A DNA stretch of 63,166 nt, the filler included, from Octopus bimaculoides (lineage: Eukaryota): the NCBI RefSeq assembly GCF_001194135.2. It is 3 parts of 3 records of this genome, joined end to end, with 100 filler letters (N's around TTAATTAATTAA, not from the genome) between each part and the next. Parts side by side here need not be neighbours in the genome. Positions count along the whole stretch, not along the records: positions 1 to 29,743 come from NC_068993.1; 2 more parts are not named here. The stretch is one strand, 5' to 3'. This document shows, one piece after another, positions 1 to 13,900 of the stretch. Within the stretch, counting starts at the first letter, position 1. Every line of letters starts with the position of its first letter. The notes beneath the pieces were generated by a model. That model had not been told where the DNA came from. It ran no database searches and worked only from the letters and a program-made list of their open reading frames with translations. A program made the position numbers and the translations under genes.

Positions 1-272
1 GAAATCAACTAAAGCTCCACGAGGCTCCGGCAGGGGATGGCGGCGAACCCTGCTGTACTCTTTCACCACAACTTTCTCTCACTCTTTCTTCCTGTTTCTG
101 TTGTGCCTGTAATTCAAAGGGCCAGCCTTGTCACACTGTGTCACGTTGAATATCCCCGAGAACTACGTTAAGAGTACATGTGTCTGTGCTCAGCCACTTG
201 CACGTTAATTTCACGAGCAGGCTGTTCCGTTGAACCCTCGACGTCGTAAGCGACGGAGTGCCAACAACAACA
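1..272 (+). mobile_element. SINE family A, cut by the window edge
   Basis: Matches 23319-23697 and 47790-48178; (CAA)n tail. Confidence 0.85.
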
Positions 273-280
273 TTGTATCA

Positions 281-319
<39 letters not shown>

Positions 320-1744
320 TAGTCTTGTGTCACTGAACTTATAGAATAGTGACATTATTATTATCTACAATCCATTATTTACTTTAGTATATATATTTCA
401 TATTCCATACAAATTTTCTATCGTGATGTGCAGCTATAAAGCCTGTCGTTCGCTTTCTAGGCTGGATATTGTCAGTCTTCCTGTGTTCTTTGTTGCAATT
501 AGGTTTATTTAACCTTTTCAGAAACCTACTGTGTTATTATTTTATTTCTCACTTGGTGTGCATTGTATTCTGTACTTTACTTTTGATCTCTAACTGCAAC
601 CCTTTGCATGTAACTCGTAGCTTTTCAATGTGTTTGTTGGGGTGGGCTGCTTTGGTGTATTTGAGTTCCTCGCATGCCTGTATGTTGTAGAAAACCTATT
701 AAGGAATTTGATTATTCGCCTTTATGTATATAACGGGGGGTTTCTGTATTGTTATGCTGAACAGTTATTTTTAGTAACATACCTTGTTTTATTTCAAGAT
801 CTGAGTTCAACTTGTAAATGTTTCGATGTATGTCTCTAGTTACCTAAAGACCGTTGCCTCTTTTGGATACGACATTTTGTATTGATAAAGAATTTTCTTG
901 TTTTAATGTTTATACAGTAATTTTATATTGGTTAATATACCATATAGATACATTGGCAGTTGGATTGAATTCCTTTTATCAGAATCTCGTCTTTGTAATA
1001 TTATTATCTCAGATTTACTTCCTTTCGGCACCGGTCGGGCTTATTTTCCCAACGTTTTATTTATTCCTGCTTAGATCACACATGCATTTTTTTTATCTGC
1101 CGTCTTCTAGTTTTTATTATTTGCAAATATTTAAAACAAAAGTTCTAGTACTCTATTATATTCTAAATTTCAAAGTATTTTCAGAAGGAATCATTCCATA
1201 ATTTGGTTTCTGATATCTTATTAACAAAGGCATTGTTTTAAGCAATGACGTGTGCCTCTTCCTTCTTCTCCTCCTCCACCACCACCCCCTTCTCCTTCGT
1301 TTTTCGTTGAATCCATTGGTTCACTCTGTACGAATAGTGGAGATGTGAAAGTTAGTTAACATGTTAAACCCCCCTCCCTCATCGCTATCATTTCAAACGC
1401 CAAACTACGAATAAAAGTCATAGTTATTACTTCAGTACAACGATGACAGATCTTCTTTGCATAAGCCTTGTCGAAATTTAATTAGAGTGTCACAAAACAT
1501 GTTTACTACAAGTTTAATAGACTATAACTTAAAAATTTGAAATATACTTATTCTGATTCTCTTAAAATTATCGGTATTCTTAAAATTCTTCATTCTTAAA
1601 AAGAAAATACAAAGATCACCATAACTTTAACACTTTTGCTCAGTTGAAGAAGGTAACTGCGTTATGACAGAAACAGTGTGATGGCTTCACCGAAGTCATC
1701 GCCCGCTCTTATTTGTTTATTTGTCTATTTTATTTTATTTAGTG

Positions 1745-2495
1745 CTGAGAACAATGTTGTACACTAAATACGATGATGAGAAAATAATTGCGAGTGCTTT
1801 TGTAAGAATTTTAAGAGCACCAAAATTTTCGGGAATGCAATTCCACATTCTCAGAGGTTCTCAGTCTAAATGTTTGTTCACGATTACTTGTAGATATTCA
1901 CATTTAGCTTCGTTTTAAATTACCTTTAAGTGTAATGAATGTTTACTTCCAAATAGAATTAAACTAGAAGTTGTCATCGACTAACTGCATTCCCAAATCT
2001 CTTAAAATGCAGCGACCACTCAAACACATACGGATCTACTTCATCAACGTATTTGATAAATGATATTGCTTTCTCGAACTCGCTGAAGAAAACTGCTCAG
2101 TCACGGTCCTTAGAACGTTTATAAATTGTTTTGGATATTGTTTAAAATTCTTACAGCTGTTTTTATTTTTCTTTGAAATATTTTATTTTCCCTTGGGAAG
2201 TACATAAAACTTTTACTTTCTAAATCACGTTGAAACATGCCGAGATTACTCTAAAGACTCTTGATCAATCTAAAGAAACCTGTAAATAGATTTTCGTGAA
2301 ACCTAGCAGTTTAATATTAAGTTCCTTCAGATACTATCTGTGTTAACTATCAGTTTACAGAGCCATGCAAAATCATGTGGGTGAGGAAAATTACGTTCCA
2401 TGTTTTCTTAAATAAAAATAGTTTGATTGTCTTTAAACCTTCAGCAAGTTCTTCAAGCAGCTGACCAAGATTGTTCGCTTGTTAACTGATCACCA
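1745..2495 (-). pseudogene. Degraded hAT (GTF2IRD2/Charlie-like) transposase
   Basis: Minus-strand fragments FAWLCKL, ELNIKL, MFQRDLESKSFMYFPR, FSEFEKAISFIKY, MQLVD and WNCIPENFGALKILTKALAIIFSSSYL, in the expected order with frameshifts. Confidence 0.65.
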
Positions 2496-2497
2496 TT

Positions 2498-2700
2498 AAT
2501 TGTGCTCAGTCAAAAGTTTTGAAATATTTTGGTAGCTTATTAGCTTTGTTCGTCAAGTTACAACAAAAGCAGACTAGCATTCAAAGTAGAGGCCTTCGTG
2601 TTACACCATCTAAAACCACCTTTCTGCAAGTTCTTTGATTCCATGCTGATAACACTTGTTATCAGCCAAACTGTGTGGCTGTACCGTAGAAATCATCCAT
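2498..2700 (-). mobile_element. Mariner-type transposase C-terminal relic with possible TIR end
   Basis: YQHGIKELAERW...EGLYFE resembles the mariner FY..GI..L..RW...G.YF tail; followed by CAAAACTTTTGACTGAGCACAATTA ending in TA. Confidence 0.5.
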
Positions 2701-2999
2701 CAAGCTTTATATATTCTATACGCTATTGTACCACAAGAACGTAATCAGCAGCAAACATCATTTCTCTCACTACTGTATGTATAATCTTAGTCTTAGCTTT
2801 AAGTTGCGTAACTTTAAACAGATAATCGCTAGGATCTCTCTCTCTCTCCCTCTCTCCCCTCTCTCTCCCCCCTCTCTCCCCNNNNNNNNNNTCTCCTCCC
2901 TCTCTCTCTATATATATGTATATATATATATATACATCTTGATACTAGTTCCAGAATGCAGCTTCGAACAGAGTTCTCAGATAAAATTAAAATAACGTT

Positions 3000-3400
3000 G
3001 GTGTAAGTATGCAATCTTGCTTGATCTGAATTTCGTTTATCTGATCAGGAACGTGTATAAAACGCTCTGTCATATAAATAAACTTTTCTCTTTCATTTTT
3101 CAACGTTTCTCCCGAAGCCTGATCCACTTTTGACGTCTTTCTAATTGAGATGGACATCGTTGCAACGACCACCACTTTCACTCTTAGAGGGTTACCCAAG
3201 CGACTCCAACAGTGTGATGCGTTAAGTTTACTAATGTTTCCCGTTCATTGTCTCTTTGTACATTGAGTAAATTGCTGGAAGTGCTCTGCAAATCGGTCAA
3301 ATATTTGTCCTTCTTCATTGAATATTGTTGATTGATCAGCTGGCCTCACTTGATTGGTGGTCTCATCGAACAGCCATATTGAGGTGGTGATAAACATTAC
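3000..3400 (-). pseudogene. Possible very old RTE-like LINE relic
   Basis: Weak motifs FAEHFQQ and VDQASGETLK resemble the RTE endonuclease-RT linker. Confidence 0.3.
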
Positions 3401-4556
3401 TATTTCATCAGTCTACTTGAAAAGGATTTAAGAACTAACATTTCTAACTGTTACCAGTAGCGCTCTCTCAATGAGTTGTACTACAGACAGCAGGCAAGTA
3501 CAAGGCAAAACATATCGATTTTACAACCACAGTTGGCTGGTAGACGCTCACAGTATAACGCATGTTCTACCAATTTAAGATGATATCCTATCTCTATTGA
3601 ATGGTCATTAACATTCCTGAGTCTATCAAAACATTTTAGCAGGTTTGCTTTTCATGCGGATGAGTACCAAGCAAGTTGGGTAGAACATCCGGTGTAGTAA
3701 CTGGCTGTCCGATGAAGGACGGGTTGTTTTGGCGAAAAGAATTACCAGAGGCAGATTTCTGGGTATCAAGCATTCGCTACAAATAATACGGTAATACACA
3801 TAACGGATAACACATATAACAATAGCGGTGATTAATAATAAATTCCATCTTCTGTTTTTCATCTGCCATATATATATTCATCGAAACTTGTTGAGTTCTC
3901 ATTAGAAGCGTCCACATCATTCTGACTGTCACGCCAGAGAAGCAATCAGCCATACTGTTTATATACTCAACAAATGCAGAAGTTACTCAATGAAGGAGTC
4001 CCTAATTTGCATACCAAAAGTGTTTAACACTTTATAAATACTAGCGGCCTGTCTATGGGGATCTTAGTCCACACAGTATCACGGTATGATATAATAAATA
4101 TGTAACATATGGTAATGTCTGAGTTTGTATTTGTCAGCGGGTGCGTGCGCGTAATAGACGTATAAAGTATAGATAAATTGATGATAACAATCAAAACTTT
4201 TAGTCAACAAAATTAGCCTTCGTTCAAACATATGCAGAGTCCATTCCTCCTTTATGGCATAGAAAACTGGTCTGTGAAAAGAGAGTTTCAAAATCGCCCT
4301 TATGGTACCAGCCACATGGCACGGACTCGAGACCAAAGACGTCTTTTTATGAACACATTCCATCCATTATTACTATTACTCATTGCTCAACGTAGAGTAG
4401 GCTTTACTGGCTGACCATTGCTATTGAGGCTGAACACCAGGCCATACCAAGTGTTATGTTTCGGAGACCTAATAGAAATATGAGGACGGAGACCAGTTAA
4501 CTACACTGATGTTTTAGAGGAGATATTCAACATGAAATTGAGGATGTACCAAAACG

Positions 4557-4589
<33 letters not shown>

Positions 4590-4593
4590 ACAT

Positions 4594-4627
<34 letters not shown>

Positions 4628-5226
4628 TAGTAAAAGGAACAAAAAGATGACACCGGAAAATGAACTTCATTACATAACCCCTGGTTTCTCCGGTGTCGTT
4701 TTTTCCCCACTTTTAACCACTCTATACTCATCCAACATTATGTTCTGAAACAAACGCATATTAAGTTCTACACCAGGTTATCAATCTCGCAATACCTAAG
4801 CGAAATATTAATATATATATATATTGTTTACTGTTCTGTTAGGATCAGCAAAGAAGTGTTCCAATCAGTGAGAGATCAATATTTAGTACACACAGTATAT
4901 AAATAAGATCTACTAATAGTTTCATGCTGTAGAAACACAATATAATTCAACAGATTTATATAAATCTGCCGAATTATTGTTTCTGCAGCATGAAAAACTG
5001 TTAGTAACTCATATTCTAATACTGTGTATGTGTATATATGTGTGTATGTGTGTATCTGTCTGTGTGTGTGTATGTATGTATATAAGCACAGACGTAGCTG
5101 TATGACAAAAAGTTTGCTTTCCAACCACGTGGTTTCAGGTTCGGTCCCACTGCGTGGCATCTTGGGAGTATATTTTTTTGCTATAGCCTCGGGCCAACTA
5201 AAGTACCTGAAAGAAGCCCGTCGTAT

Positions 5227-5271
<45 letters not shown>

Positions 5272-7059
5272 ACTCCCTCTCCATCTATCTATCCATCTTT
5301 CCATCTATATATCTATCTACCTGTCTGTCTATCTGTCTGTCTATATATCTAAATCTGTGTGTGTGTGTGTGTGTGTGTNNNNNNNNNNNNNNNNNNNNNN
5401 NNNNNNNNNNNNNNNNNNNNNNNNNNNNNNNNNNNNNNNNNNNNNNNNNNNNNNNNNNNNNNNNNNNNNNNNNNNNNNNNNNNNNNNNNNNNNNNNNNNN
5501 NNNNNNNNNNNNNNNNNNNNNNNNNNNNNNNNNNNNNNNNNNNNNNNNNNNNNNNNNNNNNNNNNNNNNNNNNNNNNNNNNNNNNNNNNNNNNNNNNNNN
5601 NNNNNNNNNNNNNNNNNNNNNNNNNNNNNNNNNNNNNNNNNNNNNNNNNNNNNNNNNNNNNNNNNNNNNNNNNNNNNNNNNNNNNNNNNNNNNNNNNNNN
5701 NNNNNNNNNNNNNNNNNNNNNNNNNNNNNNNNNNNNNNNNNNNNNNNNNNNNNNNNNNNNNNNNNNNNNNNNNNNNNNNNNNNNNNNNNNNNNNNNNNNN
5801 NNNNNNNNNNNNNNNNNNNNNNNNNNNNNNNNNNNNNNNNNNNNNNNNNNNNNNNNNNNNNNNNNNNNNNNNNNNNNNNNNNNNNNNNNNNNNNNNNNNN
5901 NNNNNNNNNNNNNNNNNNNNNNNNNNNNNNNNNNNNNNNNNNNNNNNNNNNNNNNNNNNNNNNNNNNNNNNNNNNNNNNNNNNNNNNNNNNNNNNNNNNN
6001 NNNNNNNNNNNNNNNNNNNNNNNNNNNNNNNNNNNNNNNNNNNNNNNNNNNNNNNNNNNNNNNNNNNNNNNNNNNNNNNNNNNNNNNNNNNNNNNNNNNN
6101 NNNNNNNNNNNNNNNNNNNNNNNNNNNNNNNNNNNNNNNNNNNNNNNNNNNNNNNNNNNNNNNNNNNNNNNNNNNNNNNNNNNNNNNNNNNNNNNNNNNN
6201 NNNNNNNNNNNNNNNNNNNNNNNNNNNNNNNNNNNNNNNNNNNNNNNNNNNNNNNNNNNNNNNNNNNNNNNNNNNNNNNNNNNNNNNNNNNNNNNNNNNN
6301 NNNNAGGTCGCGGTCTCAAAGCGACGAAAATATTTTGACAAATTAAATTTAAATGTTGAAGTGAATCTAACGGATTTTGTGTGTTATTTTAAATGGCTTA
6401 TAAACACCTTCCACGCTGCAATTGTTTTCGTTCCAGCACACGATCTCAGATCAGGTCACTTGCTATGCAAGTACATCTCCGTAATATATATATATATATA
6501 TATATATAGCGAGAGAGAGAGAGAGGGGAGGAGAAAGAGAGGGGCTCACACTCTTGTAACAGGTAGGGTTAGGGTTAGGGTTAGGGGTAGTTGTATGTTT
6601 ATAAAAATGATAAGTTTTTCTAGAGAGAATCACACTAGCTGGGAAGACATGCCCGCGTATCCACTCAAGTATGTGTTTGCGCGCGCGTGCGCATGTGTGG
6701 AATGAATGAAGTGCGTTGTGCTACTGAAATATTGTCGTTTTTCATTGAAAGCAAAGTAAGAATACGAGTGAGACAGAGTGAGTGACAGATACACGCACGC
6801 GCGCTAACAGCTGTATTCATATAAACACTGGTTCTATTCAGGCATGTTTTTATGTGCGCGTGTTTGAGAAGAGCCACAGAGAAATACAGATATATATATA
6901 TATATATATATATAAGGTTGAGGAGGGTATTGGATTTAACCAAACCCAAAAGATACAGGAATGAAGCTACACTCCAAGTACTGTTCTTTCTTTCTTTTTT
7001 CAGCGCATCACACTCACTCTCACTTCATACTATAACTCTCCGCTTATGGATATAATAAT

Positions 7060-7181
7060 CGATTCCTTTACTATTTCTGTCTCCGATGAAGGGATGCATT
7101 GGATCTTCCCCGAAACAGCTGTAAGACTCTATCCATAAAATATATTTCCAACTTTACCATTGCTCTCTTTATCCTTTTATA
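7060..7181 (+). mobile_element. Penelope-like terminal-repeat fragment with a degenerate minimal hammerhead (7079-7127)
   Basis: GTCT-CCGATGA-AGGG...CCCC-GAAAC-AGCT-GTA-AGAC; runs into (TA)n and a gap. Confidence 0.55.
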
Positions 7182-7659
7182 NNNNNNNNNNNNNNNNNNN
7201 NNNNNNNNNNNNNNNNNNNNNNNNNNNNNNNNNNNNNNNNNNNNNNNNNNNNNNNNNNNNNNNNNNNNNNNNNNNNNNNNNNNNNNNNNNNNNNNNNNNN
7301 NNNNNNNNNNNNNNNNNNNNNNNNNNNNNNNNNNNNNNNNNNNNNNNNNNNNNNNNNNNNNNNNNNNNNNNNNNNNNNNNNNNNNNNNNNNNNNNNNNNN
7401 NNNNNNNNNNNNNNNNNNNNNNNNNNNNNNNNNNNNNNNNNNNNNNNNNNNNNNNNNNNNNNNNNNNNNNNNNNNNNNNNNNNNNNNNNNNNNNNNNNNN
7501 NNNNNNNNNNNNNNNNNNNNNNNNNNNNNNNNNNNNNNNNNNNNNNNNNNNNNNNNNNNNNNNNNNNNNNNNNNNNNNNNNNNNNNNNNNNNNNNNNNNN
7601 NNNNNNNNNNNNNNNNNNNNNNNNTATACATACCGACATCTATATGTATACATACAAGC

Positions 7660-8040
7660 ATATATGGGTACAGGACATCACAAAAAACGTTAAACACAAT
7701 GAGAAACGAAAACATAAAGACGAAGACAGAAAACGAACTTTTTTATCGAACAGCGAAAAAAACCCGAAAAAACCCCGAAAAAACCCCCAGAGAAACGAGA
7801 CATGCAACATAAAGAATATTACCCTTCGTCAGTTGTCCCTGTTCCATCTACTCCGCGTCTCGAAGGCAAGGACAATACGCGACTTCGTTGGAGCAGTCCT
7901 TCCCGCAAGCAAATTAGTTAAACTTTGGAAATTTTTGCGAAGGATGAAAGTGTAAACAAAAACAGGACAGTGAGAAGAACACAGTCAAAACAAGACAGAG
8001 CAGTGAGAACAAACGGTAAGGGCTGTTAGGCCAAGACGAC
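7660..8040. repeat. Dispersed repeat in microsatellite (copy 1; possibly Penelope-related)
   Basis: Colinear similarity to 15285-15664 (GGTACAGGACA, AACATAAAGAA, CCCTTC.TCAGTTGTC, AAACAGGACAGTG). Confidence 0.55.
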
Positions 8041-8114
8041 GCACATACATACACAGATACATACCTGTATACATAAATATACATAATAACGATAGATAGA
8101 TAGATAGATAGATG

Positions 8115-8165
<51 letters not shown>

Positions 8166-8425
8166 GAGGGAGCTGAGATGGTAGAAATCGATAAAGTAAT
8201 TTTTGCGTGCATATGTATAAGAACGCTTAGGTAAATATATATGTACACACACACAAAGAGACACAGATATAAACACACACACACACACATTTACACAAAC
8301 ACACACATTCACACACGCACACACATTGTGCCAAGATATTCTCAGATTACAGCATGCACCTATATTATCAGTCAACACATGTGCATTAAGTAATACAATC
8401 TTCTGTCATATTATATATATGTATA

Positions 8426-8462
<37 letters not shown>

Positions 8463-9607
8463 GTGTAGGTGGTTGTGTATTTATATATGCATATATTTAT
8501 TTGTTACTTACATTTGGATTTCGTTGTATTCTAAATTCGGTGAATCTATATTTTCCTCTTCTTCCATGGTTATTTAAACTGTTGTCTTTGAAGTATGCGT
8601 CTTACAGAAGCATGTACGTTCACCTGTACATATACCTGTGCACAAGGTGTTAAATAAGCATATTACTGCACATATATTTATATTATGTGTTTGTGTGTTT
8701 GTGTGTGTGTGTATTTATGGTGCTTGAGAACTAAATATTTTCTGTTTGGTTATATATGTTAATGGGAGTTGATAAATGAGTATTAACGTATAGTAGTTGT
8801 GTATGGGGTATATATCTACAGGTGTTTGTCGGTCTAGGGGTTAATATCGGCGTTAGGGGATTCGTGCAGACCTGCACGTGTGCAACAGGACATGCCTATG
8901 TATATCTATAATTTCAGTAGACATAACACATGGGACGAGACCGGAAAGAAAACTAGGGATCTATACACCTTGACTTTAAATCACACGAGAAAGTATATAC
9001 AAATACAGATAAATATATATATAAATGTGTGTGTTTGTGTGTGTTTCTGTGTGTATGTATGGGTATGAGTAAAGATGTTTATATCCGTGTATATGTATAT
9101 TTGAACGATCTATTGCAGCAGTGCTCCAGCAGGGTAACACTTTGTTTTGTAATTAAATATCTATGTACATATAATTATATATATATATATATGTAAATCG
9201 GACGCAGGTGAAAGAAAATAGGACCCTTGGTGTCCGTCGTCCGAAAGCTGGAAGTGAACCACTCTGGCGTCAGTCAGCTACAGGTTGGAAGCCTGCACGC
9301 CAGGCCACTGGAGCTCTGTCTATATGTAAATACATACCAAGCAAATGTAAACGTGTTTGTAATGTTTGTTTTGCTTATGTACATGTATAACCATTTGTGT
9401 TTTCGTGTTTGCATGATGCTGGTGTGTTATGTATCCATGTGCATTTGAGGGATTGGCTTCAGATTAAAATAAAGTGACAAAATGTAAACGGTAAATCTTC
9501 CAATGTACAAGGTAGTCGGTTCCAATCCACAGGTATTTTTTTAATTTTTTCTCTTTTCTTTTTCTGTAATAAAACTCCTTTTCCGCAAGTCTGGTACTCC
9601 AATGGGC

Positions 9608-9644
<37 letters not shown>

Positions 9645-9774
9645 TAGAGAGAGAGAGAAGGAAGGAAGATGAGGAGACGAAGAGAGGATGAAAGGAAAAG
9701 AGATAGAAACTTGTGTATATATGTATATTTATATGGATGGATATGTATATATATATGTATGCATGTATAAATCT

Positions 9775-9824
<50 letters not shown>

Positions 9825-10329
9825 TTATGTATGAATATGTATGTATATATATATATATGTATAAATAGTATAAATATGTATATATATGTATATATATATA
9901 GTTTTGGAAATTAAGTTACTAGGTTGATGTCGGCGTCACACAGTATCCTGAACTGGTATTGAACACGTGTACTATGCGGAGACATTGCTGAGAACTGGTG
10001 GTGAATCGATCTCCTATGAACACCGTAACTGAAAGCGTCTGCGATAATGCGAGATGTGAGCGTGCGTGAGTAGGTGGGTGCGTTGGCGAGTGCGTGATTG
10101 CGCGCGCGTGTATTTGTGTGTGTCGGGGTGGACGGGGTGGACGGCGTGTGGTGGTGGTGGTGGTGGAAGGTGTAATGATATGAATGAAGAGTCACTTCAA
10201 GGAGAGAATGAAACTTGCCAGCCCAGTACGGAGGTGAAACCGACCGACTGAGAGAGCTTCCGCTTCAGATTGAACTTACGACGTAGAAGTGAAGTGACAA
10301 GGAACATATATATATACATACATACAAAC

Positions 10330-10360
<31 letters not shown>

Positions 10361-10568
10361 GAGAGTGAGAGAGAGGGAGGGAAAGAGAAGAAAAGAGTGA
10401 AAGAGAGATACAAAGAACGACGGATAGCTTGCCTGTCAGTCAACAATCGAAGTTATATACATACATGCATTATATATGTGGGTGTATATATATATATATA
10501 ATATATTACATGTGTGTGTGTATGTATATATATATGTATATATATATATATATATATAATATATTACA

Positions 10569-10636
<68 letters not shown>

Positions 10637-10650
10637 CATAGAGAAAGATG

Positions 10651-10707
<57 letters not shown>

Positions 10708-11967
10708 GTAGGTATGTGTGTGTGTATGTATGTATGTATATACGTGTGTGCGGAGTGTGTTTGTGCGTGCGTGTTTGTGTGTGCTCGCACGCGTCTGTAC
10801 TTGTAGAGGTGAGGGTGTAAATAGGTGTATAAGTAAGTATATGTGTGTGTGGTGTGTGGTGTGTGTGTGTGTGTGTGTTGTGTATGTGCGCGTGCGTGTG
10901 TCTGTGAGCTGCTGTCGAAAAGAGCAACAACAACAACAACAACAACAACAACAGGAATGGTAAGAAACGAGAAAAAAAGGAGTGTGATGTGTAAAGTGCG
11001 GGACGTGACTGAGAGGCAAGATTCAAAACTAAGCTGCGGAAATATTACGAAGTTAGAACTCCTACAGGAATGTCTAGGAGAAACGGAGAGGGGGGGTAGA
11101 GAGGGAGAGAGAGAGAGAGTGTGAGTAGGAGAGAAAATGATAAGGGCTCTGATTGTTGTTGTTGTTGGTGGTGGTGGTGGTGATGTTGCTCTTATAGATG
11201 TTGATGACGATGAGACGTTGATGTTTGTTGCTGTTGTTGAGGATGAATGTCGTTGTTGTTGCTGTTGTTGTTGATAATAGCGAGAATGTTGTTGTTGCTG
11301 TTGTTGTTTGTGGTGGCTATTGTTTTTTTTTGTTTTGTTTTGTTTCGTTTTTTTTCTTTTTTTTGTTTTTTGGTTTCCTTTGTTCTACCTTGTTTTAGCT
11401 GTCGGTAATGATATTGCTAATAGCCACGATGGTGGTGGTGGTGGTGGTGATGGTGGTGGTGATGGTGGTGGTGGNNNNNNNNNNGGTGGTGGTGGTGGCT
11501 GAAGTTGTTTTAGGACGACGGACGAAACGCGTCGCGGTAATTTCTTCCGGCTCTTTCTTTTGTTTTCTTTTTTACGTTTCGAGTTCGATTCCCACCGAAC
11601 TAGATTTCGCCTTTCATCCTTTCTCAGGATACCAGTAACGTACTGGGGGATCGATGATATCGACTAACCTCCTCCCTTCAGTATTACTGGCTTTCCACCT
11701 AAAACAGAACCCATCATGTATGTGTGTACGTACGTACGTACGTATGTATGTATGTATGTATGTATGTATGTACGTCTGTATGTATGTACGTACGTATGTA
11801 TGTACGTATGTATGTATATATCTATACGTGTGTGTGTCTTTATGTCTAGGTGTTGATGTATGTGTATGCGTGTATGTGCGTGTACGTCCGTCGGTGTGTG
11901 TGTCTGTGTATGAATGTATGTACGCGAGTGTCAATATGGATGCGTGGGTGTGAGTGTCAGCTGGTGT

Positions 11968-12011
<44 letters not shown>

Positions 12012-12335
12012 AGAGAGGTGCTTAATTATATGCTTTCTTACAGGTGTTACGTCAGTGTCTATGTTTCTTCCTCTATCGACATCCACCCCTCATCCACCCC
12101 TATTCACCACTTACAAACTATATCGGTCTCACCTGACCACCAAGGTTATTTTCAGTTAGTGCTTATGGATGTACGGTTGATATGCATGTATCTATATCTA
12201 TATTTATATATATATATATAAAATTATGTGTATGTGTGTATATGCATATACATACATACGTATATTCATCAATGTATGTGTATTTATGTATGTATAGATA
12301 ATTGGAACACAGCTTGTCTTATTTCATTAAACGGT

Positions 12336-12366
<31 letters not shown>

Positions 12367-12413
12367 ATGCGTGTGTATGTACATATCTATGTGCATATGT
12401 ATGTATATTGCAA

Positions 12414-12453
<40 letters not shown>

Positions 12454-13294
12454 ATGTGTATATGTGTATGTGTTTATATGTGTGTAAACAAACAGAGGTA
12501 AAAAATGTATGGAAGTAATAAGTGATAAATATAGAAGAGTTGTTAAAGTAGGATAGCGGTCGGAGTTACATATTGCTTCGGTTGTCCAGAAATGTTATCA
12601 TAAACAGTAATGGGTCTGTTCCTTCTTCTTCTTCCTCTTTATTCCGTCCACCAAGTCTGTGTGTCTACGAAAAAGGAAAAAAAAATGTAAAGAAGGAAAT
12701 AAAATAAAAACAAAACGAAATATCGTCTTGGTGATCACATGACACATATGCATACATTTCGAATAAGATAATACGTTCCTAACACACACACACACACACA
12801 CACATACACACACACACATACACACACACACATACACACACACACACACACACACATACACACACANNNNNNNNNNNNNNNNNNNNNNNNNNNNNNNNNN
12901 NNNNNNNNNNNNNNNNNNNNNNNNNNNNNNNNNNNNNNNNNNNNNNNNNNNNNNNNNNNNNNNNNNNNNNNNNNNNNNNNNNNNNNNNNNNNNNNNNNNN
13001 NNNNNNNNNNNNNNNNNNNNNNNNNNNNNNNNNNNNNNNNNNNNNNNNNNNNNNNNNNNNNNNNNNNNNNNNNNNNNNNNNNNNNNNNNNNNNNNNNNNN
13101 NNNNNNNNNNNNNNNNNNNNNNNNNNNNNNNNNNNNNNNNNNNNNNNNATATATATATATATATATATATACATCCAATAATTATATGAAGATGATATGA
13201 GGAAGATTTCCGTCCTCAAAATTTTATAACTTGTCCTCCAAGCAACTTCTTTCACTATAGCCTTATGTCAGTTAGTTCTCCCTATAACCTCGTC

Positions 13295-13900
13295 CGATAG
13301 CTAGATCCTGAGGCAGAGTGTTGCGAAAAGCTGATAACAGCTGCGGATATACAGGAAGCGATAGTTAGCGGCTCACGGCTAAATCGCCTGGTTTTCCCCT
13401 ACGAGCTTTACTTTTATATCCCAGACTTGTTTGAAAGCCTCTTGGCAGATATCTACTGCAACTGGTCGAGAGATCGCTGTCTCTGAAAAGTCGGTCAGAG
13501 GTAGCGAATGCTCACATCTCACCGTCATACATTACCGCCTAACCATCATACCTTTCCCTTGTACATGTCTCACTGGACCGGAGAGCCTGCTCTTACAATT
13601 TCTATAGAAGGGATCCATTCTACTGACTCGGTGCTCTATGGATAATGATGTGCAAACATGCTCTAAGCAGACCTATGATGATCAGAATGCACTAAGGATG
13701 CGATATCTCTAGCTTTTCCTTGATGATGAGAAGATGTGGTCGCCGTTTGTCAGGCTCTCCACAGCTCGTCTATTTCATTGAGCTGCAACCTTGGATCAGG
13801 TGTAGAACGACGCAGGATGCCTGGCATGTAGATTAGCGTCAGGCGCTCACAGCCCTTCGCTAGTCAAATGATGTCGTTTGGACGTCGGGAAAAATGCCTT
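13295..13900 (+). pseudogene. Degraded L1/Tx1-clade reverse transcriptase fragment
   Basis: Frameshifted pieces ITAADIQEA, KSPG-like, PYELYFYIPDLFESLLADIYCNW and VQTC; multiple stops. Confidence 0.65.

Larger units (their letters stand above)
4550..12870. repeat. Microsatellite-dense region ((TA)n, (TG)n, (GATA)n, (GA)n, (CAA)n, (GGT)n) with N gaps
   Basis: Directly visible; gaps at 5379-6305 and 7182-7624. Confidence 0.95.

Noticed and set aside
3700-3745. CCGATGAAGG...GCGAAA hammerhead-like string
   Set aside because: No stem II or stem III pairing.
5024-6705. Long ORFs (300-450 aa) in the ORF track, also at 7.1-7.8, 20.4-21.5 and 55.0-56.3 kb
   Set aside because: They consist of X residues from N gaps plus microsatellite translation.
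10429-12518. Many ORFs of YI, CV, HT or LS repeats
   Set aside because: Translations of (TA)n, (TG)n and (GATA)n; no coding signal.
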